A stretch of DNA of 64,000 nt from Candidatus Magasanikbacteria bacterium RIFCSPLOWO2_12_FULL_43_12 (GCA_001783065.1 MFQN01000003.1:15314-79313); one strand, 5' to 3'; shown: positions 36,243 through 47,340, numbered from the stretch's first letter. The notes: a model not told the origin generated them from the letters alone. A program made the numbers and translations.

Positions 36243-39200
36243 TTATTCTCCTCTTCTTTTTCCTTCACTTGCCCTTGCAAGCGAACGCCTTATACGCTCT
36301 GGGTTAAACCGATAGGAAGAATCTTGATTTACCCAAGCCACTAATTCTTCAACATTGTTTATGTTTTCACCGCAAATATTCATATTAAGGTTGCCCTTCA
36401 TACCATCATCAAACGATAAACCGCTTCGCTCGGCAAGTGAACCAAACAGGGCAGCAGGGTTATTCTGTAAAAATGCGGCGTAATTACCACGGAGTCGCTT
36501 TTCGACTTCTTTTTTGCGCTGATCTTTGTCAATAATATGTTTAAAAGTGCTTCTGAAATATGCTGAATCATCGTCGCCTATTTTTGTTCTTCCATTTTCA
36601 TCCTGACGTATTGTCTCTCCAGCGGCCATACCGGCGATGTGATCTTTATTTCTGCCATCAACTTTAGCGAATTCGCGCTGATTAGACAATCCAGCAAATG
36701 TTTCTCTGATTGCGTCATCGCATTCTTCACTCGCTGTATAATCTATTGTTCCAAAATCTTCCTGCATTTGACCTATGCTGTGGGTTTTTAAACGAGATAA
36801 ACGTTGGTCAAGACCCAATTTACGCCACTCGCCCAACACAAACTCCTTGCCTTTGTGGCCCAAGTTACCGCGTAACATTCCTTCATTCATATCATAATAA
36901 GTGTGTCCGCCGTCATCAATGTGGCCAGTGTTCATCGCCAAATTTTTAAAGTCTGCCAACATCTCAAATGCTTCCGTAAATTCATCCATAGACTTCATAA
37001 ATGTCGCAGCGGCCATCTTTGCACCATCCGCCATTCCCGCCACTGGTTCAATAAATTTTTCTGTATAAGCCATAAGTTGTTCAATGCTGGCGTCTACCGC
37101 GGCAGTGGCTCTGACATCACCTTCTCCTGCCTTTTCTATTTGCTCATCTGTTATCATCCCGGCTTCCTTCGCTACCCGCATTCTTGAGAGTTTGTCTGCG
37201 CCAGGACCGACTATGTTTGCATAATTGCTATGTGCTATCTCTGCCAATTGTTTGTTTGCTTCGCCGTAACCTTCGTCTGTACTCTCCATACGCCACAAAA
37301 CAGCTTCTTCAGCTTGCATTTGTTTCCTATCCCCTCCCATGCCAATCAATTTTTGTACTTGCGCGGTTCGATCAGCCCCAGAACGATTATCTTTTGGATC
37401 CCAATGTAACTTGTTAATAAATATTTCTTCCAACGCTTCCGCCTCTTCTCTTTTTTCCCCGGTCAGAGTTTTCTTGCTGGTCGCCATCTTTGCAACCCGA
37501 GCTAATAAATCATCCATCCAGCCATTAGACGTAAGATGTTTGACATGGGCCATCATCTGCGCTTTTTGGTCGGTGGTAATCTCTTTACCTTGTTTTTGCA
37601 ATTTAAAAAATTGACCTAGTGTTCCCATGGCGTTTACCACTGACTGCTCGCGCTCCACCCCCTGCAATCTTTCCGTCTGTTTTTTTACCCAATCTTTAAA
37701 AGCAGAAGCTGGAGTTTTAAAATTATACCTCTCCAATGTGAAAATATCCGTGGCGTGATCAGCCGCTTCAGCTTTATTCGCTCCGGTAATGTCTTTGTTG
37801 TATTCAGCTATCATCTGCGCTTGCGCCATCTTCGCGCCGACATTTGTCAACGACAACGCTTCTAATGACAGTTTTATACCTTTTGCCTGAGCGCCTTCCA
37901 AAGCATCTTTCAATTCTTTCGCTCCTTTTTTGAATAAATCGCCCATTTTTTTATCCTTGATACCGTCAATAAAGGCCTTTGACGCTTCCGCTCCCATCTT
38001 TGAAGCTACCTCGGCTGAGAATAGTGAACCATAACTCTCTAACCCAAGAATAATTTTTTTTGCTTCTGTTTCCGATGCCTCTACTCCGGCACCAACCGCG
38101 GCAGCTTTCTGGGCTGCCTGTAAATAAGCAATGGCAACGTTACTATTCTTGCGTTCTACCTCTTTTCCGTTCGCCATCACCGGTTCGCCATCCTTGCCTA
38201 TCAAGAACCCACTATATAAGTCTTCTTCTATTTCTTCCAGTCGCTTACTAACCTCCGTGTCACGATCGCGTTGGTCCATTATTTCTTTCAATTCCTTACT
38301 AATTGGTGGTTTTTCTTTACTATCACTGTCACGATAATTTTTTATTTCTTTTTCGTCTGCATCCGGTAGTGTACTACCAGCATCCGCCACTACTTTATCC
38401 CAAGCATCACTTGCTTTAATTGTTTTTTCTGTCGCCGCCTTGTAGACATCTCGTTGTTCCGCAATAGTGCGACTGCCGTCTTCCACTCTTTCTGTCTTTT
38501 CTAAATCTGTGGCAATTTGAGCTTTTTTTTCTTCTATGGTCCTTTTTGCGTCTTCAACCGCATTTACCGCCTTCTGCCTTTCGTCTTCCAACTTCTTAGC
38601 TGCCTTTTCCTCCAAAAGTCCTTTGCTGTTGCCTTGAATTTTCACATCCAGATCTTCTATCTTTTTTTCTTCCGCCACCTTCATCTTTCCAAGTTGAGTT
38701 TTGTCCTTGTCAGTCAAAACTCCCTCGGTATCTTTCAACTTTTCACTAATTTTTTCCAATGTTTCTTCCGCTTTATTCTTCTCCTCTTTATCCTCAATCA
38801 TCTCCGTATATTCTCCGCTTTTCTTTAGTATTTTCAATCCTTTTTCCGCAAATTTAATTTCCTCATTTGCTTTATTTAAATTCGTCTGCGCCAATAGCAC
38901 ATCGGTGTCCGTCTTTAATTTTGCGTCAACAACAACCTGTATCTTAGCCTCTGCGGTTCGCAAGATATTTTTTGCGCCAGCCTCTTCTGCCTCTGCCGCT
39001 ACTAAATCACTGCTCTTTCGTCCTTCTCGCGCTTCGTCGCTATCTTTGACAGCTTTCTCCATATCAGGCCTCGCCCTTTCTATAATTTTCTTCCGCTCAC
39101 TGCCTATCAGCGCCTTCCCTTCTTCCTCCCACCTCTGCTGTCTAATCGCAAAACGCGCGGCTTCCCCGGCCAGTGTGGACACCTCTCCTGTGTCTGGATT

Positions 39201-40826
39201 GAAATAGGCTTTGCCGTCTTTATAACGCGGTCCGTGCATTGCTTTTTCTTTTGCCTCTGCCACTCCTTCGGCGTCTCTATGCTTACTCCTTTCCTCATAC
39301 GCTTCTAACTCACCATGTCTGCTGCGAGCGCGATTGCCCCATTGCCCGCTGGATTGCATTTTGCCTAACAAATCTTCTGCATATTCCGCTGTATGTTCCG
39401 CCGCTTTCAGGTGTTTTTTCCTCCTAGCTGTTCCACCAGCCAAAACTCCCACATTCCAACCAAAAAGTTTACGCATACCCCTGCCCATATAATCTTCTTT
39501 AGCCAAGTCACCCTTACCTCCAGCCCCAGTGTACCAGGCATCCTTGGTTCTCGCCCATTTCATCTTTGCGTGTTCGGTCCAAAACTCTCCTCCCAAAGGC
39601 ATGTGCCACAGCGCGCCTTTCCCAGCCAACTTTACTCCGCGTCCTGTCGCCCCAGCCAACCACCTCCCCGCGGCATAACCGGTCGCGATGGTGGCGACTT
39701 TGCCGAAGAAATCTTTAGCCTTGGACGCGACACTGCCGCCGGCAACGTTGAGTTTCTGCACTTCCTGCAAGCCGACGAATAACAATACTATGGCCACCAA
39801 AAAATTCGCCATGTTTTCCCAAGTGGTAACCGCGGATAAAGTTAAAGCGCCGACTGAATCAATGCTCCCTGCCTGCAACATTTGGTCGGTAATGCCGATG
39901 TCGCTACCGAGCGTACCGGAGCCGGCAGTGGCAAAAGCCAGCCACATGAAAAACGAAATTGTTGGCGCGAGCACGACATAATTGGAAAATTCCTTCCACC
40001 ATTCGCCATAGCGATTCGTGGTTTGCGGCAAAGCGATGAATAAAAACGCCAACGGAGATAAAATAATCAAAACCCACAGCACTGTCATCCGCAAAAGCAT
40101 CATTATCGCGTAAGCGCCCATTACCAGCATGGCAAGCAAAGCGAAAAGCATGGCCACAACAGAAGCCACCAGTGTCCGGCCCAACAAATTAAAACTTTCT
40201 CCACCAACGCCAACATCATTTTTCCCGGTGGTGATAGCGTAAATCTTTTCAAAATGAAACATGTTGATCAGATTGCCGCCGGCTGTCGCGGAAATCGCGC
40301 TGGCAAAAGTCAGAGTGAAAACATGCGCCGCGTCAATGAAAAGCTGGCAAATCAAATTACTGAAATTAACAAACACCGCGCTTAAAATAAGTTTGACTAG
40401 AGTCTTATTCCATTGATATTGTTCAATGCCGAGAATGGTGCCAATGGCGATCACCAGCAAAATCACCACAAAAAACATATTGACCACATCGCGTACCATC
40501 AGCCAGCCAAGCTTGACTACCGGAGAATCAATATAGTTGTTGTATTGAGCTAACGCGATAAAAAAGCGCAGGAAAAAAATGCTCATTTTTATAAAAAACT
40601 CACCCAAACCCAGGGCCAGATTCGTAAACATGTCCATTATGCCGCCGGAAATAACCCCCATATCGCCCAAAGCTGGGTTTGCCATTGAAGTGAGCGGGAA
40701 CATCACCGCGCCAATCACCAAAATTACAAACAAAAAACTCAAGCCTGTTTTGCCTTTCCTAAACACAAGCAAACACAAAAATCGTTTCAGGATAAGAAAA
40801 AATTTTCGCTTTAATAAGCTCTTCAT
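36243..40826 (-). CDS. Giant VirB6/TrbL-like membrane protein with long coiled-coil tail
   Basis: GWLMVRDVVNMFF, FVNFS, LLRMTVLWVLIILSPLAF TM block, then ~1100 aa of charged helical sequence. Confidence 0.75.
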   Translation of the reverse strand: MKSLLKRKFFLILKRFLCLLVFRKGKTGLSFLFVILVIGAVMFPLTSMANPALGDMGVISGGIMDMFTNLALGLGEFFIKMSIFFLRFFIALAQYNNYIDSPVVKLGWLMVRDVVNMFFVVILLVIAIGTILGIEQYQWNKTLVKLILSAVFVNFSNLICQLFIDAAHVFTLTFASAISATAGGNLINMFHFEKIYAITTGKNDVGVGGESFNLLGRTLVASVVAMLFALLAMLVMGAYAIMMLLRMTVLWVLIILSPLAFLFIALPQTTNRYGEWWKEFSNYVVLAPTISFFMWLAFATAGSGTLGSDIGITDQMLQAGSIDSVGALTLSAVTTWENMANFLVAIVLLFVGLQEVQKLNVAGGSVASKAKDFFGKVATIATGYAAGRWLAGATGRGVKLAGKGALWHMPLGGEFWTEHAKMKWARTKDAWYTGAGGKGDLAKEDYMGRGMRKLFGWNVGVLAGGTARRKKHLKAAEHTAEYAEDLLGKMQSSGQWGNRARSRHGELEAYEERSKHRDAEGVAEAKEKAMHGPRYKDGKAYFNPDTGEVSTLAGEAARFAIRQQRWEEEGKALIGSERKKIIERARPDMEKAVKDSDEAREGRKSSDLVAAEAEEAGAKNILRTAEAKIQVVVDAKLKTDTDVLLAQTNLNKANEEIKFAEKGLKILKKSGEYTEMIEDKEEKNKAEETLEKISEKLKDTEGVLTDKDKTQLGKMKVAEEKKIEDLDVKIQGNSKGLLEEKAAKKLEDERQKAVNAVEDAKRTIEEKKAQIATDLEKTERVEDGSRTIAEQRDVYKAATEKTIKASDAWDKVVADAGSTLPDADEKEIKNYRDSDSKEKPPISKELKEIMDQRDRDTEVSKRLEEIEEDLYSGFLIGKDGEPVMANGKEVERKNSNVAIAYLQAAQKAAAVGAGVEASETEAKKIILGLESYGSLFSAEVASKMGAEASKAFIDGIKDKKMGDLFKKGAKELKDALEGAQAKGIKLSLEALSLTNVGAKMAQAQMIAEYNKDITGANKAEAADHATDIFTLERYNFKTPASAFKDWVKKQTERLQGVEREQSVVNAMGTLGQFFKLQKQGKEITTDQKAQMMAHVKHLTSNGWMDDLLARVAKMATSKKTLTGEKREEAEALEEIFINKLHWDPKDNRSGADRTAQVQKLIGMGGDRKQMQAEEAVLWRMESTDEGYGEANKQLAEIAHSNYANIVGPGADKLSRMRVAKEAGMITDEQIEKAGEGDVRATAAVDASIEQLMAYTEKFIEPVAGMADGAKMAAATFMKSMDEFTEAFEMLADFKNLAMNTGHIDDGGHTYYDMNEGMLRGNLGHKGKEFVLGEWRKLGLDQRLSRLKTHSIGQMQEDFGTIDYTASEECDDAIRETFAGLSNQREFAKVDGRNKDHIAGMAAGETIRQDENGRTKIGDDDSAYFRSTFKHIIDKDQRKKEVEKRLRGNYAAFLQNNPAALFGSLAERSGLSFDDGMKGNLNMNICGENINNVEELVAWVNQDSSYRFNPERIRRSLARASEGKRRGE

Positions 40827-40985
40827 GCTGGTTGTTTGAAGACAGCGGTATTATACCATATTTTATGCGCGAAGAGGAGGGGGTGGGGATAACGGCGAGC
40901 AGGATGCAGGATGCACGCAGCATGACACATTTTTGAAAAACAAAAAATCCTCGTTATTATTACGGGAATTTTTTTTCTTAAAGTT

Positions 40986-41186
40986 TCACTCTAACCCAGC
41001 CGCGCGTAAAATCGCTTTTAATGTGCCTATCGGCAAATTCTTTGAATGATACGGAACCACAGCTCTTTTCTCTGGTAACGGTTGGTAAAAAACATAATGA
41101 CTGCCTGAAACATGATCCAAAATAAAACCATTTTCTTGCAATAATTTTATTACTTGTTTTGAAGTCAGCCGTGGAGTTTTAGGCAT
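40986..41186 (-). CDS. hicA: HicA toxin
   Basis: GF..DHVSGSH, VVPYH, LPIGTLKAIL; start MPKTP. Confidence 0.9.
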   Translation of the reverse strand: MPKTPRLTSKQVIKLLQENGFILDHVSGSHYVFYQPLPEKRAVVPYHSKNLPIGTLKAILRAAGLE

Positions 41187-41412
41187 AAGCCACATCCAAT
41201 GAGGTAATAAAACTATGTTCGTCGCTTACGACTTCGCCACCATGTTTGCGAACACTCTTAAGATACGAATCAATCGCATCAATCGCCATTTCTTTTGCTT
41301 CAGTCAAAGTGCGGCCGAAAGTAATACAGCCAGCTAAGGCCGGCACAATAACCGTAAAACCGCCCTCAATTTCAGGACGAAAAATTAAATTGTAATGCAA
41401 ATTTTTTTTCAT
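41179..41412 (-). CDS. hicB: HicB antitoxin
   Basis: GGFTVIVPALAGCITFGRTLTEA. Confidence 0.9.
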   Translation of the reverse strand: MKKNLHYNLIFRPEIEGGFTVIVPALAGCITFGRTLTEAKEMAIDAIDSYLKSVRKHGGEVVSDEHSFITSLDVAYA

Positions 41413-41474
41413 ATTTTTCACAATATTATTAACACATATACACTACAGAATTTAATCAAAAAAGTCAATACACA

Positions 41475-41539
41475 CCTTATGCGTCTTATTACACTCCCCC
41501 GTACACCACCACCCAGCTATTCAACACCTGAACGCGAGG
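41475..41539 (-). repeat. Fragment copy of the giant Cys-rich gene (60867-60930)
   Basis: Encodes PRVQVLNSW../WCTGECNKT with a 1-nt insertion; sits just upstream of hicB. Confidence 0.8.
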
Positions 41540-41672
41540 AATGATAAAAATAGTATACTAATACTCACTGATGATAATTTGAATAACATTCATATTTTCT
41601 TTTTCTAACAAAAAACCATCTCAATATTAAGACAGTTTTTTGTCTGAAAGAATTTTGTTTGCATAAAATCTT

Positions 41673-41987
41673 TCATTTTAATTTTATCCCCGTTCTTTTA
41701 ATTTCAAAAACCATCGGGTCAGAATCATTTTGAAAATCGCGAACACTAAAGACATGCGCCTCTAATCGCCTGTCAACTGCCATGCCTATTTTTGAATACA
41801 GCGCCAATTTCCTCCAAAAATTAATTTTGCTGTCATCAACAACAACAGCGACGTCTATGTCGCTCCACTTGCCCGCCCGCCCGGAAACACAAGAACCAAA
41901 CAAATAGGCCGCCTTGACTGTCAATCCGTTGTCTTCCAACATTTCCGCGTAATTTTTTACGATCTTTTTTACTTTAGCTTTTGACAT
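41673..41987 (-). CDS. Minimal nucleotidyltransferase (MNT)
   Basis: AYLFGS...SDIDVAV. Confidence 0.9.
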   Translation of the reverse strand: MSKAKVKKIVKNYAEMLEDNGLTVKAAYLFGSCVSGRAGKWSDIDVAVVVDDSKINFWRKLALYSKIGMAVDRRLEAHVFSVRDFQNDSDPMVFEIKRTGIKLK

Positions 41988-42358
41988 AACATCTCATATA
42001 AGGCGACAATCCGTTTATAATACCCTTCCGTAAAATCTCTCGTGCATACTTGATAAAACTGCAACTTGAAATCGGGATAGCGCGTCGCGATATTAAAATT
42101 GTTCACCTCCTTTAGGAATAATATGTATTCCTCCGACAAATTTAATTTAGCCAAGTCATGCAAACGGACTAGGTCATGAATGCGCGGAGACTGTTTCTTC
42201 GTGATTTTCACGACCAGCGCTTTCAAAATCTTTTCTAAAACTATGTGTCCGAAAAATAAACAGTCTGAATAACGTTTCAACTTTTTTAAACCAAGCATCG
42301 TGTCAAAATCATGCTCAGCTGTCTTTTTCCAATACATGACAACTTCTTTGTAATCCAT
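41969..42358 (-). CDS. HEPN domain protein
   Basis: EKILKAL, RIHDL, ATRYPD; overlaps the MNT gene. Confidence 0.9.
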   Translation of the reverse strand: MDYKEVVMYWKKTAEHDFDTMLGLKKLKRYSDCLFFGHIVLEKILKALVVKITKKQSPRIHDLVRLHDLAKLNLSEEYILFLKEVNNFNIATRYPDFKLQFYQVCTRDFTEGYYKRIVALYEMLCQKLK

Positions 42359-42589
42359 ATGTTTACACTATACCAACAAACAACCGTTGTGTCAAAAAAT
42401 CCTGCGCCCTATCCTGTAGCTCGCGCCCACCCTACTTATCCACACCACACCCTTGATAAAACTGCGAAAATCGGTCCAAAAAAACCATCAACATGATACA
42501 GACGCTTGCTAAAATCTCAAATATAACATACCATCCCTATAGCTCTTTACAGCGGAAGTTCCGCGATGGATTTTAGAAACTGTCACTTT

Positions 42590-43090
42590 ATGCCAAAAAT
42601 CACTTTGAAAAAAATAAAACCCGCGGATAAAAACCATTTTGCCAAATGGTGGCGGGACAAAACACTGCTTAAACTGACGAGCGGCATTTTAAAACCAATA
42701 TCTGATAAAGAAATAACGAAATATTTTTTTGCTATATTACAAAACAAAAATGACTATCACTTCCTAATCCGCGCGGACAAAAAAGTCATCGGCCACGTCT
42801 CTTTAGTTAAAAGGAATGGCAATCGGTATGAAACTCAAATAATTATTGGCGAAAAAAAATATTGGAATAAAGGCTATGGCGCGAAAGCTATCAAAATCCT
42901 CATGAATAAAGCAAAACGATTGGGTATTCCAAAAATATTTCTTGAAGTCAGACCGACTAACCTGCGGGCTATCAAGGCCTATGAAAAATGCGGCTTTATT
43001 AAATCCGGCGTTAAAAAATATCCAAAAAATAAATTCATGCCGGAAATTTTGAAGATGGAATTTGAAAACACATTGCAAAAAACAAAATAG
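42590..43090 (+). CDS. GNAT (RimJ/RimL-like) acetyltransferase
   Basis: IIIGEKKYWNKGYG, NLRAIKAYEKCGF; start MPKIT. Confidence 0.85.
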   Translation: MPKITLKKIKPADKNHFAKWWRDKTLLKLTSGILKPISDKEITKYFFAILQNKNDYHFLIRADKKVIGHVSLVKRNGNRYETQIIIGEKKYWNKGYGAKAIKILMNKAKRLGIPKIFLEVRPTNLRAIKAYEKCGFIKSGVKKYPKNKFMPEILKMEFENTLQKTK

Positions 43091-43149
43091 TCCTTCTCGC
43101 GGTGAACCAGCAATGTTTCAAATTGTGTTTTGCAACCGGCAAAATAAAC

Positions 43150-43441
43150 TGGATCCACACTCATAAACCTCCCAATCTCACTATTGTAATACCTCTGTCC
43201 GGCATAATATAACCCGCTCGCATCAAGCTCATACCCGGTAAACTTCTTATCATTCTCGTAAGCTGTGTATTTATTATCCAACCGGACCGAACCAAACGGG
43301 TAGTAATCCAATACTTCAACCACAAAGCCGTTTTTGTCTGTTTCAACGCTTGAACCGGAGAGGTGGTCGATATGATGGTAGATTAGTTTACCCTATCCGC
43401 TAATGCCTGAGCATGACGATGGCGGGCAAACATCGTCAATT
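43150..43441 (-). pseudogene. Orphan Rhs-core fragment without toxin tip
   Basis: Near copy of 48830-49085 (DHLSGS, DYYPFG, KFTGYELD, RYY, RFMSVDP) with a hairpin insertion at ~43393-43430. Confidence 0.8.
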
Positions 43442-43444
43442 GTA

Positions 43445-44020
43445 TTAAAAACCACCCATCGAACCACTTGACAGTTTTTTCTTTTGTTTATTGAATTCAT
43501 CAAGATCAATAATTTCTTTTTCATAAAGCCAATTGAGTGATCTTAATTTTTCGTCTTGTTCAAATGAATCGCTAACATATTTATTTAAGAAAAAAGATCT
43601 TCTCTTCTCAAAAATTTCTTTAATAAAATTATCCAGTGTTTCTTTATCCGGTCTATTATTAAAGAAAACTAGATTTGCGCTATTCAATCCTTGAATTATT
43701 CTAAAGTCTTTTTTATTAAATAAAAAAATTGCTAAACTTATGATAGCCATACCAATCCAAAATAAAATTGCCCACTTGTCATCAGTTGAATAATAAATTT
43801 GGACAATACCTAATATAATTGAAACAATTAAAAAAACAAAAAAAACAACGAGCCAGCCTCCCTTTTTATTTGTAGAAATAATTTCTTTGTTTAAAATTTC
43901 TTCAAATGAAAGTGCGCATTCAAAATAATTCCACAAGTACCTATCAGAAACCTTCACGCCATTATCTAAAATTTCAAACTTTTTGAAATTTAGACCGTAT
44001 CTTTGATTTAAAGTATTCAT
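43445..44020 (-). CDS. Hypothetical membrane protein with SHOCT-like C-terminus
   Basis: Two TM helices; LNWLYEKEIIDLDEFNKQKKKL; very low GC. Confidence 0.65.
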   Translation of the reverse strand: MNTLNQRYGLNFKKFEILDNGVKVSDRYLWNYFECALSFEEILNKEIISTNKKGGWLVVFFVFLIVSIILGIVQIYYSTDDKWAILFWIGMAIISLAIFLFNKKDFRIIQGLNSANLVFFNNRPDKETLDNFIKEIFEKRRSFFLNKYVSDSFEQDEKLRSLNWLYEKEIIDLDEFNKQKKKLSSGSMGGF

Positions 44021-44089
44021 AATAATTTAATTGGCTTTTTTATAATTTCAATTATCAATACCATTTTAAAAAAATCCGGCGGGGAAAAA

Positions 44090-44965
44090 TTACCAACAAA
44101 TTACCGCCTCCCCACCAATCTTTTCTTTTATAAAATTCTTTGCTTCTGTAAAACTACCAATTTCATCTATCAAACCGTTTTCTAATGCCATCTCGCCTGG
44201 CATCGAAGATCCATCAGCCAGCGACTTCACTTTTTCAACATCCAAATTACGACTTGTGGCGATGCTTTTCACAAGATCATCGTGAAGTATCTGTATATCA
44301 CGCATAATTAATTGTTTTTCCTCTTCTGTCAGTTGCTTGTTCGGATTAGCGGAATCTTTGTATTTTCCAGAACTTAGTATATTATACTTTACTCCGTCTT
44401 TTTCGTTCTTTTTTACATTATCGAGATACGACATGGTTACACCAATACTTCCTACATCCGAATTTTTTAATGCAAATATTGTGTCAGCCCCGGTTGCCAC
44501 ATAATATGCCGCTGACAGGCCTTGAGATCTAATCAATGTTATAATCGGTTTATCCAAATGTTTCATTGCTTCCACAATTTCTTCTGCAGCCGCAGTATAC
44601 CCGCCGAACGAATCTATTTCTAATAATACCGCCTTGATATTCTCATGCTTTTTTGCTTCATCCAAATTAAATATAATATTTTCTGAGGCGGTTGAATCTG
44701 AATAAAATTCTTTACTCTTGTCATCAATAGTATTTGGTATATATGTCACTAGATTACCGCGTAAAACAACACCAGCCACGTTACAATCTCCGGCATAACG
44801 CTCCGTACTCTGTACTGATGTGTTGAGTTTAGAAAAATCTATTTTTGTGTAAAAAAAATACGCCACACTAATTACAAAAATTATAAAACTCAATCCTATG
44901 CCTGCCGCCACAAACATAAAAATTCTTTTAATATCATTATTGTTCCCCTGCTTTATTTCTTCCAT
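44090..44965 (-). CDS. sppA: Signal peptide peptidase SppA (S49)
   Basis: IDSFGG, SAAYY, VGSIGV, SGKYKD, GLIDEIG. Confidence 0.88.
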   Translation of the reverse strand: MEEIKQGNNNDIKRIFMFVAAGIGLSFIIFVISVAYFFYTKIDFSKLNTSVQSTERYAGDCNVAGVVLRGNLVTYIPNTIDDKSKEFYSDSTASENIIFNLDEAKKHENIKAVLLEIDSFGGYTAAAEEIVEAMKHLDKPIITLIRSQGLSAAYYVATGADTIFALKNSDVGSIGVTMSYLDNVKKNEKDGVKYNILSSGKYKDSANPNKQLTEEEKQLIMRDIQILHDDLVKSIATSRNLDVEKVKSLADGSSMPGEMALENGLIDEIGSFTEAKNFIKEKIGGEAVICW

Positions 44966-44966
44966 A

Positions 44967-45854
44967 TCATTGTGCGTTAGACTTTTTATTTAGTTTCTTA
45001 GTTTTAATCTCAGTGATTTTTCTTTGTACAGAATCCAATGGCCTTACCAAGTAAATAAGGAAAACAAACTTTAAAATTAACGGCCAAATCATAAGAGGCA
45101 TCCTAAATAATATTAGCGTAACCAGATTTTCTAAAATAAGAATAATCAATATGGCAATAGCAACTTCTAAAGCAAGTTTATTTTTCTTTTTAATTAATTG
45201 TCCTAATGCAAAAAAAATGAAAGCTAATATTATTATTATAATCAAATAAATCTTAGCAAGCAAACCTTCGGATATCTTATTTAAATAAACAATTACAGAA
45301 AAGACACTGGATACAGCCAAAATAAATGCTACATTCGAAGCGACATTCCATATTTTGTCGGAATCAGATAGCACACAATTTTTTGAATCAGCTTGTAAAT
45401 TTAAGTACGCCGACTGTCCAGACACACTATCATTAATATTTCTTTGTACCCGTATAAATGGAAACATTTTACCAACCCGAAAAGCGTAAACATACAAGAC
45501 AGTGAATAGTGGTATAATTAATAATAACCAAAACACATAACCAAAAATTACCGACCATTGAGGTAAATCAGCAGCGGCTACTTTTGGTTGAATTGCGACA
45601 AAAAAATACACCGTATTCCATACTATGGCTACAAAAAAGAAAAACTTCCAAAATATCTTCTCCAATATTTTTTTACTCCAACAAAAACCATACAAACCAA
45701 CTAATGCTGGAATTAATACCACTAAATCAATAAATTTCCAAATACTATCAAATCCTTTGGAATAATCCATGATTGATAGTATCATATAAACCCAAAACAG
45801 TATCTTCCAACCGATATTTTTTGGTTTAATTAGATTCTGTTGAACTTCGTCCAT
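44967..45854 (-). CDS. Hypothetical polytopic membrane protein
   Basis: About 8 hydrophobic helices in two blocks; low GC. Confidence 0.7.
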   Translation of the reverse strand: MDEVQQNLIKPKNIGWKILFWVYMILSIMDYSKGFDSIWKFIDLVVLIPALVGLYGFCWSKKILEKIFWKFFFFVAIVWNTVYFFVAIQPKVAAADLPQWSVIFGYVFWLLLIIPLFTVLYVYAFRVGKMFPFIRVQRNINDSVSGQSAYLNLQADSKNCVLSDSDKIWNVASNVAFILAVSSVFSVIVYLNKISEGLLAKIYLIIIIILAFIFFALGQLIKKKNKLALEVAIAILIILILENLVTLILFRMPLMIWPLILKFVFLIYLVRPLDSVQRKITEIKTKKLNKKSNAQ

Positions 45855-45909
45855 ATTTAAATTAATTTAATTGGTCGTGTCCACATCCTTTCTCAGCGCC
45901 AAAATTGAA

Positions 45910-46275
45910 TTATTGTGAATTAAAATCCTGCTTGATTTTATTAAGCCATTCTCTACCATTTTGATTCAGTAATTTTTCACCAACTTCAAGACCTTTTTTA
46001 GAACCCACTAAAACTTCAAAAACACCAACTTGAGGCAAATTCTGAACGTTTGGATCTTCAGAATCCTGCATTTCGTTTATTAAATCAAAAGATTTTTTGA
46101 TTACCCTATCACCCTGAGACTCAGATTTAATTTTTCCTAACAGAAAGTCACCAAATTTGTCAAAAACTATTGTGGGTTCACTTAGCTCAAATTCATCAAA
46201 CTGGTGATAAGATTTAAGCTCTGGAACCCTATTTAGTAATTCTTGCACTGCATTGTCGTGGGTTATTTTTGTCAT
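45910..46275 (-). CDS. Probable immunity protein of the adjacent Rhs tip
   Basis: 121-aa acidic ORF starting 2 nt after the toxin-tip stop. Confidence 0.7.
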   Translation of the reverse strand: MTKITHDNAVQELLNRVPELKSYHQFDEFELSEPTIVFDKFGDFLLGKIKSESQGDRVIKKSFDLINEMQDSEDPNVQNLPQVGVFEVLVGSKKGLEVGEKLLNQNGREWLNKIKQDFNSQ

Positions 46276-46276
46276 A

Positions 46277-47340
46277 TTATTTTTTTACATCAGTCGCCGT
46301 TTTCACAGCATCTTTAAGATTGTTTAATAATGATTGTCCTATTTGTCTATCTTGAGTAGATAAATTATCCTGTCCAAGATACCTCGTTAATTCTGTAATT
46401 CTTCCAGTAGCCTTCTCTATGTGTCCAGACTTAGAGAGTAAATCGCCTGTTTGAGTTTCGTAACGCAATGCATCCGCTGTGCCACCGTCACCTATTTTAG
46501 ATCCTTTTCTATACAATTGTTGTACAATTTCTTTCAGCTTATGGTCAGATACATTGTCTAATAAAACTCCTCTAGTATTTTTACCAGCTTTCGTAATATC
46601 AAATGCATGATTTGCGGCCTTCCCTGCCGCCCCATACCCGCCACCAGGCAATACAACACCGAGCAACATACCGCCGGTCGCGATTCCTTTGTCGCTAAAC
46701 GTTGCATCTTTGTCTGCCAAAGTAGATACCGTATCATACACATCATAAGCTGACATACCAAATTCTGCAACAGCCCACGCGGCTATCAAGATAGGTATTA
46801 TTTCCCCATCCGGATCCGTATATTTCAACGGATTGTTATTCGCGTAAGCGTAACTATTCAAACTTTGAGGATCTGATAAATGAACTTTTAGACTTCTCTC
46901 ATACTTTTGTTCAAACCATGCCGCTCCGATGTCGAGGAAAGATGGATCCTCGCTCAAAAACTGCCCTCTCTAACCATCATAATACCTCGCATTAAGGTAA
47001 GACAGCTCGCTTTCTTCATCAAAATATTGTCCAATGAATTGTTTGCTTGTATTATCAGAACCAACGTCAATTCTCTTTTTTCCGTATGGATAATAGTCAA
47101 ATACATGCGTGGCAGAACCTTGATTGTCCGTGGTTATGTTTGTGCTGCCGAGGTGGTCGGTGTGGATATATTTTACACTGTTATTGTTTTCAATGGTAGC
47201 GACAAGGTTGTTTCCGGCGTAGATATATTTAGATGTTTTATTTCCCTCTTTTTCGTAGTGTTTAAATGGGTATATTGTAGTTGTGCCATTGGTGGTCTTT
47301 TTTGTTCTTTGTCCGGATTCGTCGTACGCGTATGTAACAC
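46277..47340 (-). pseudogene. Orphan Rhs core plus toxin tip, in-frame TAG at 46970-46972
   Basis: 46950-47340 is a near copy of 50320-50710; NSYAYANNNPLKYTDPDG followed by a distinct tip (GDGGTADALRYE...GHIEKA). Confidence 0.8.
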
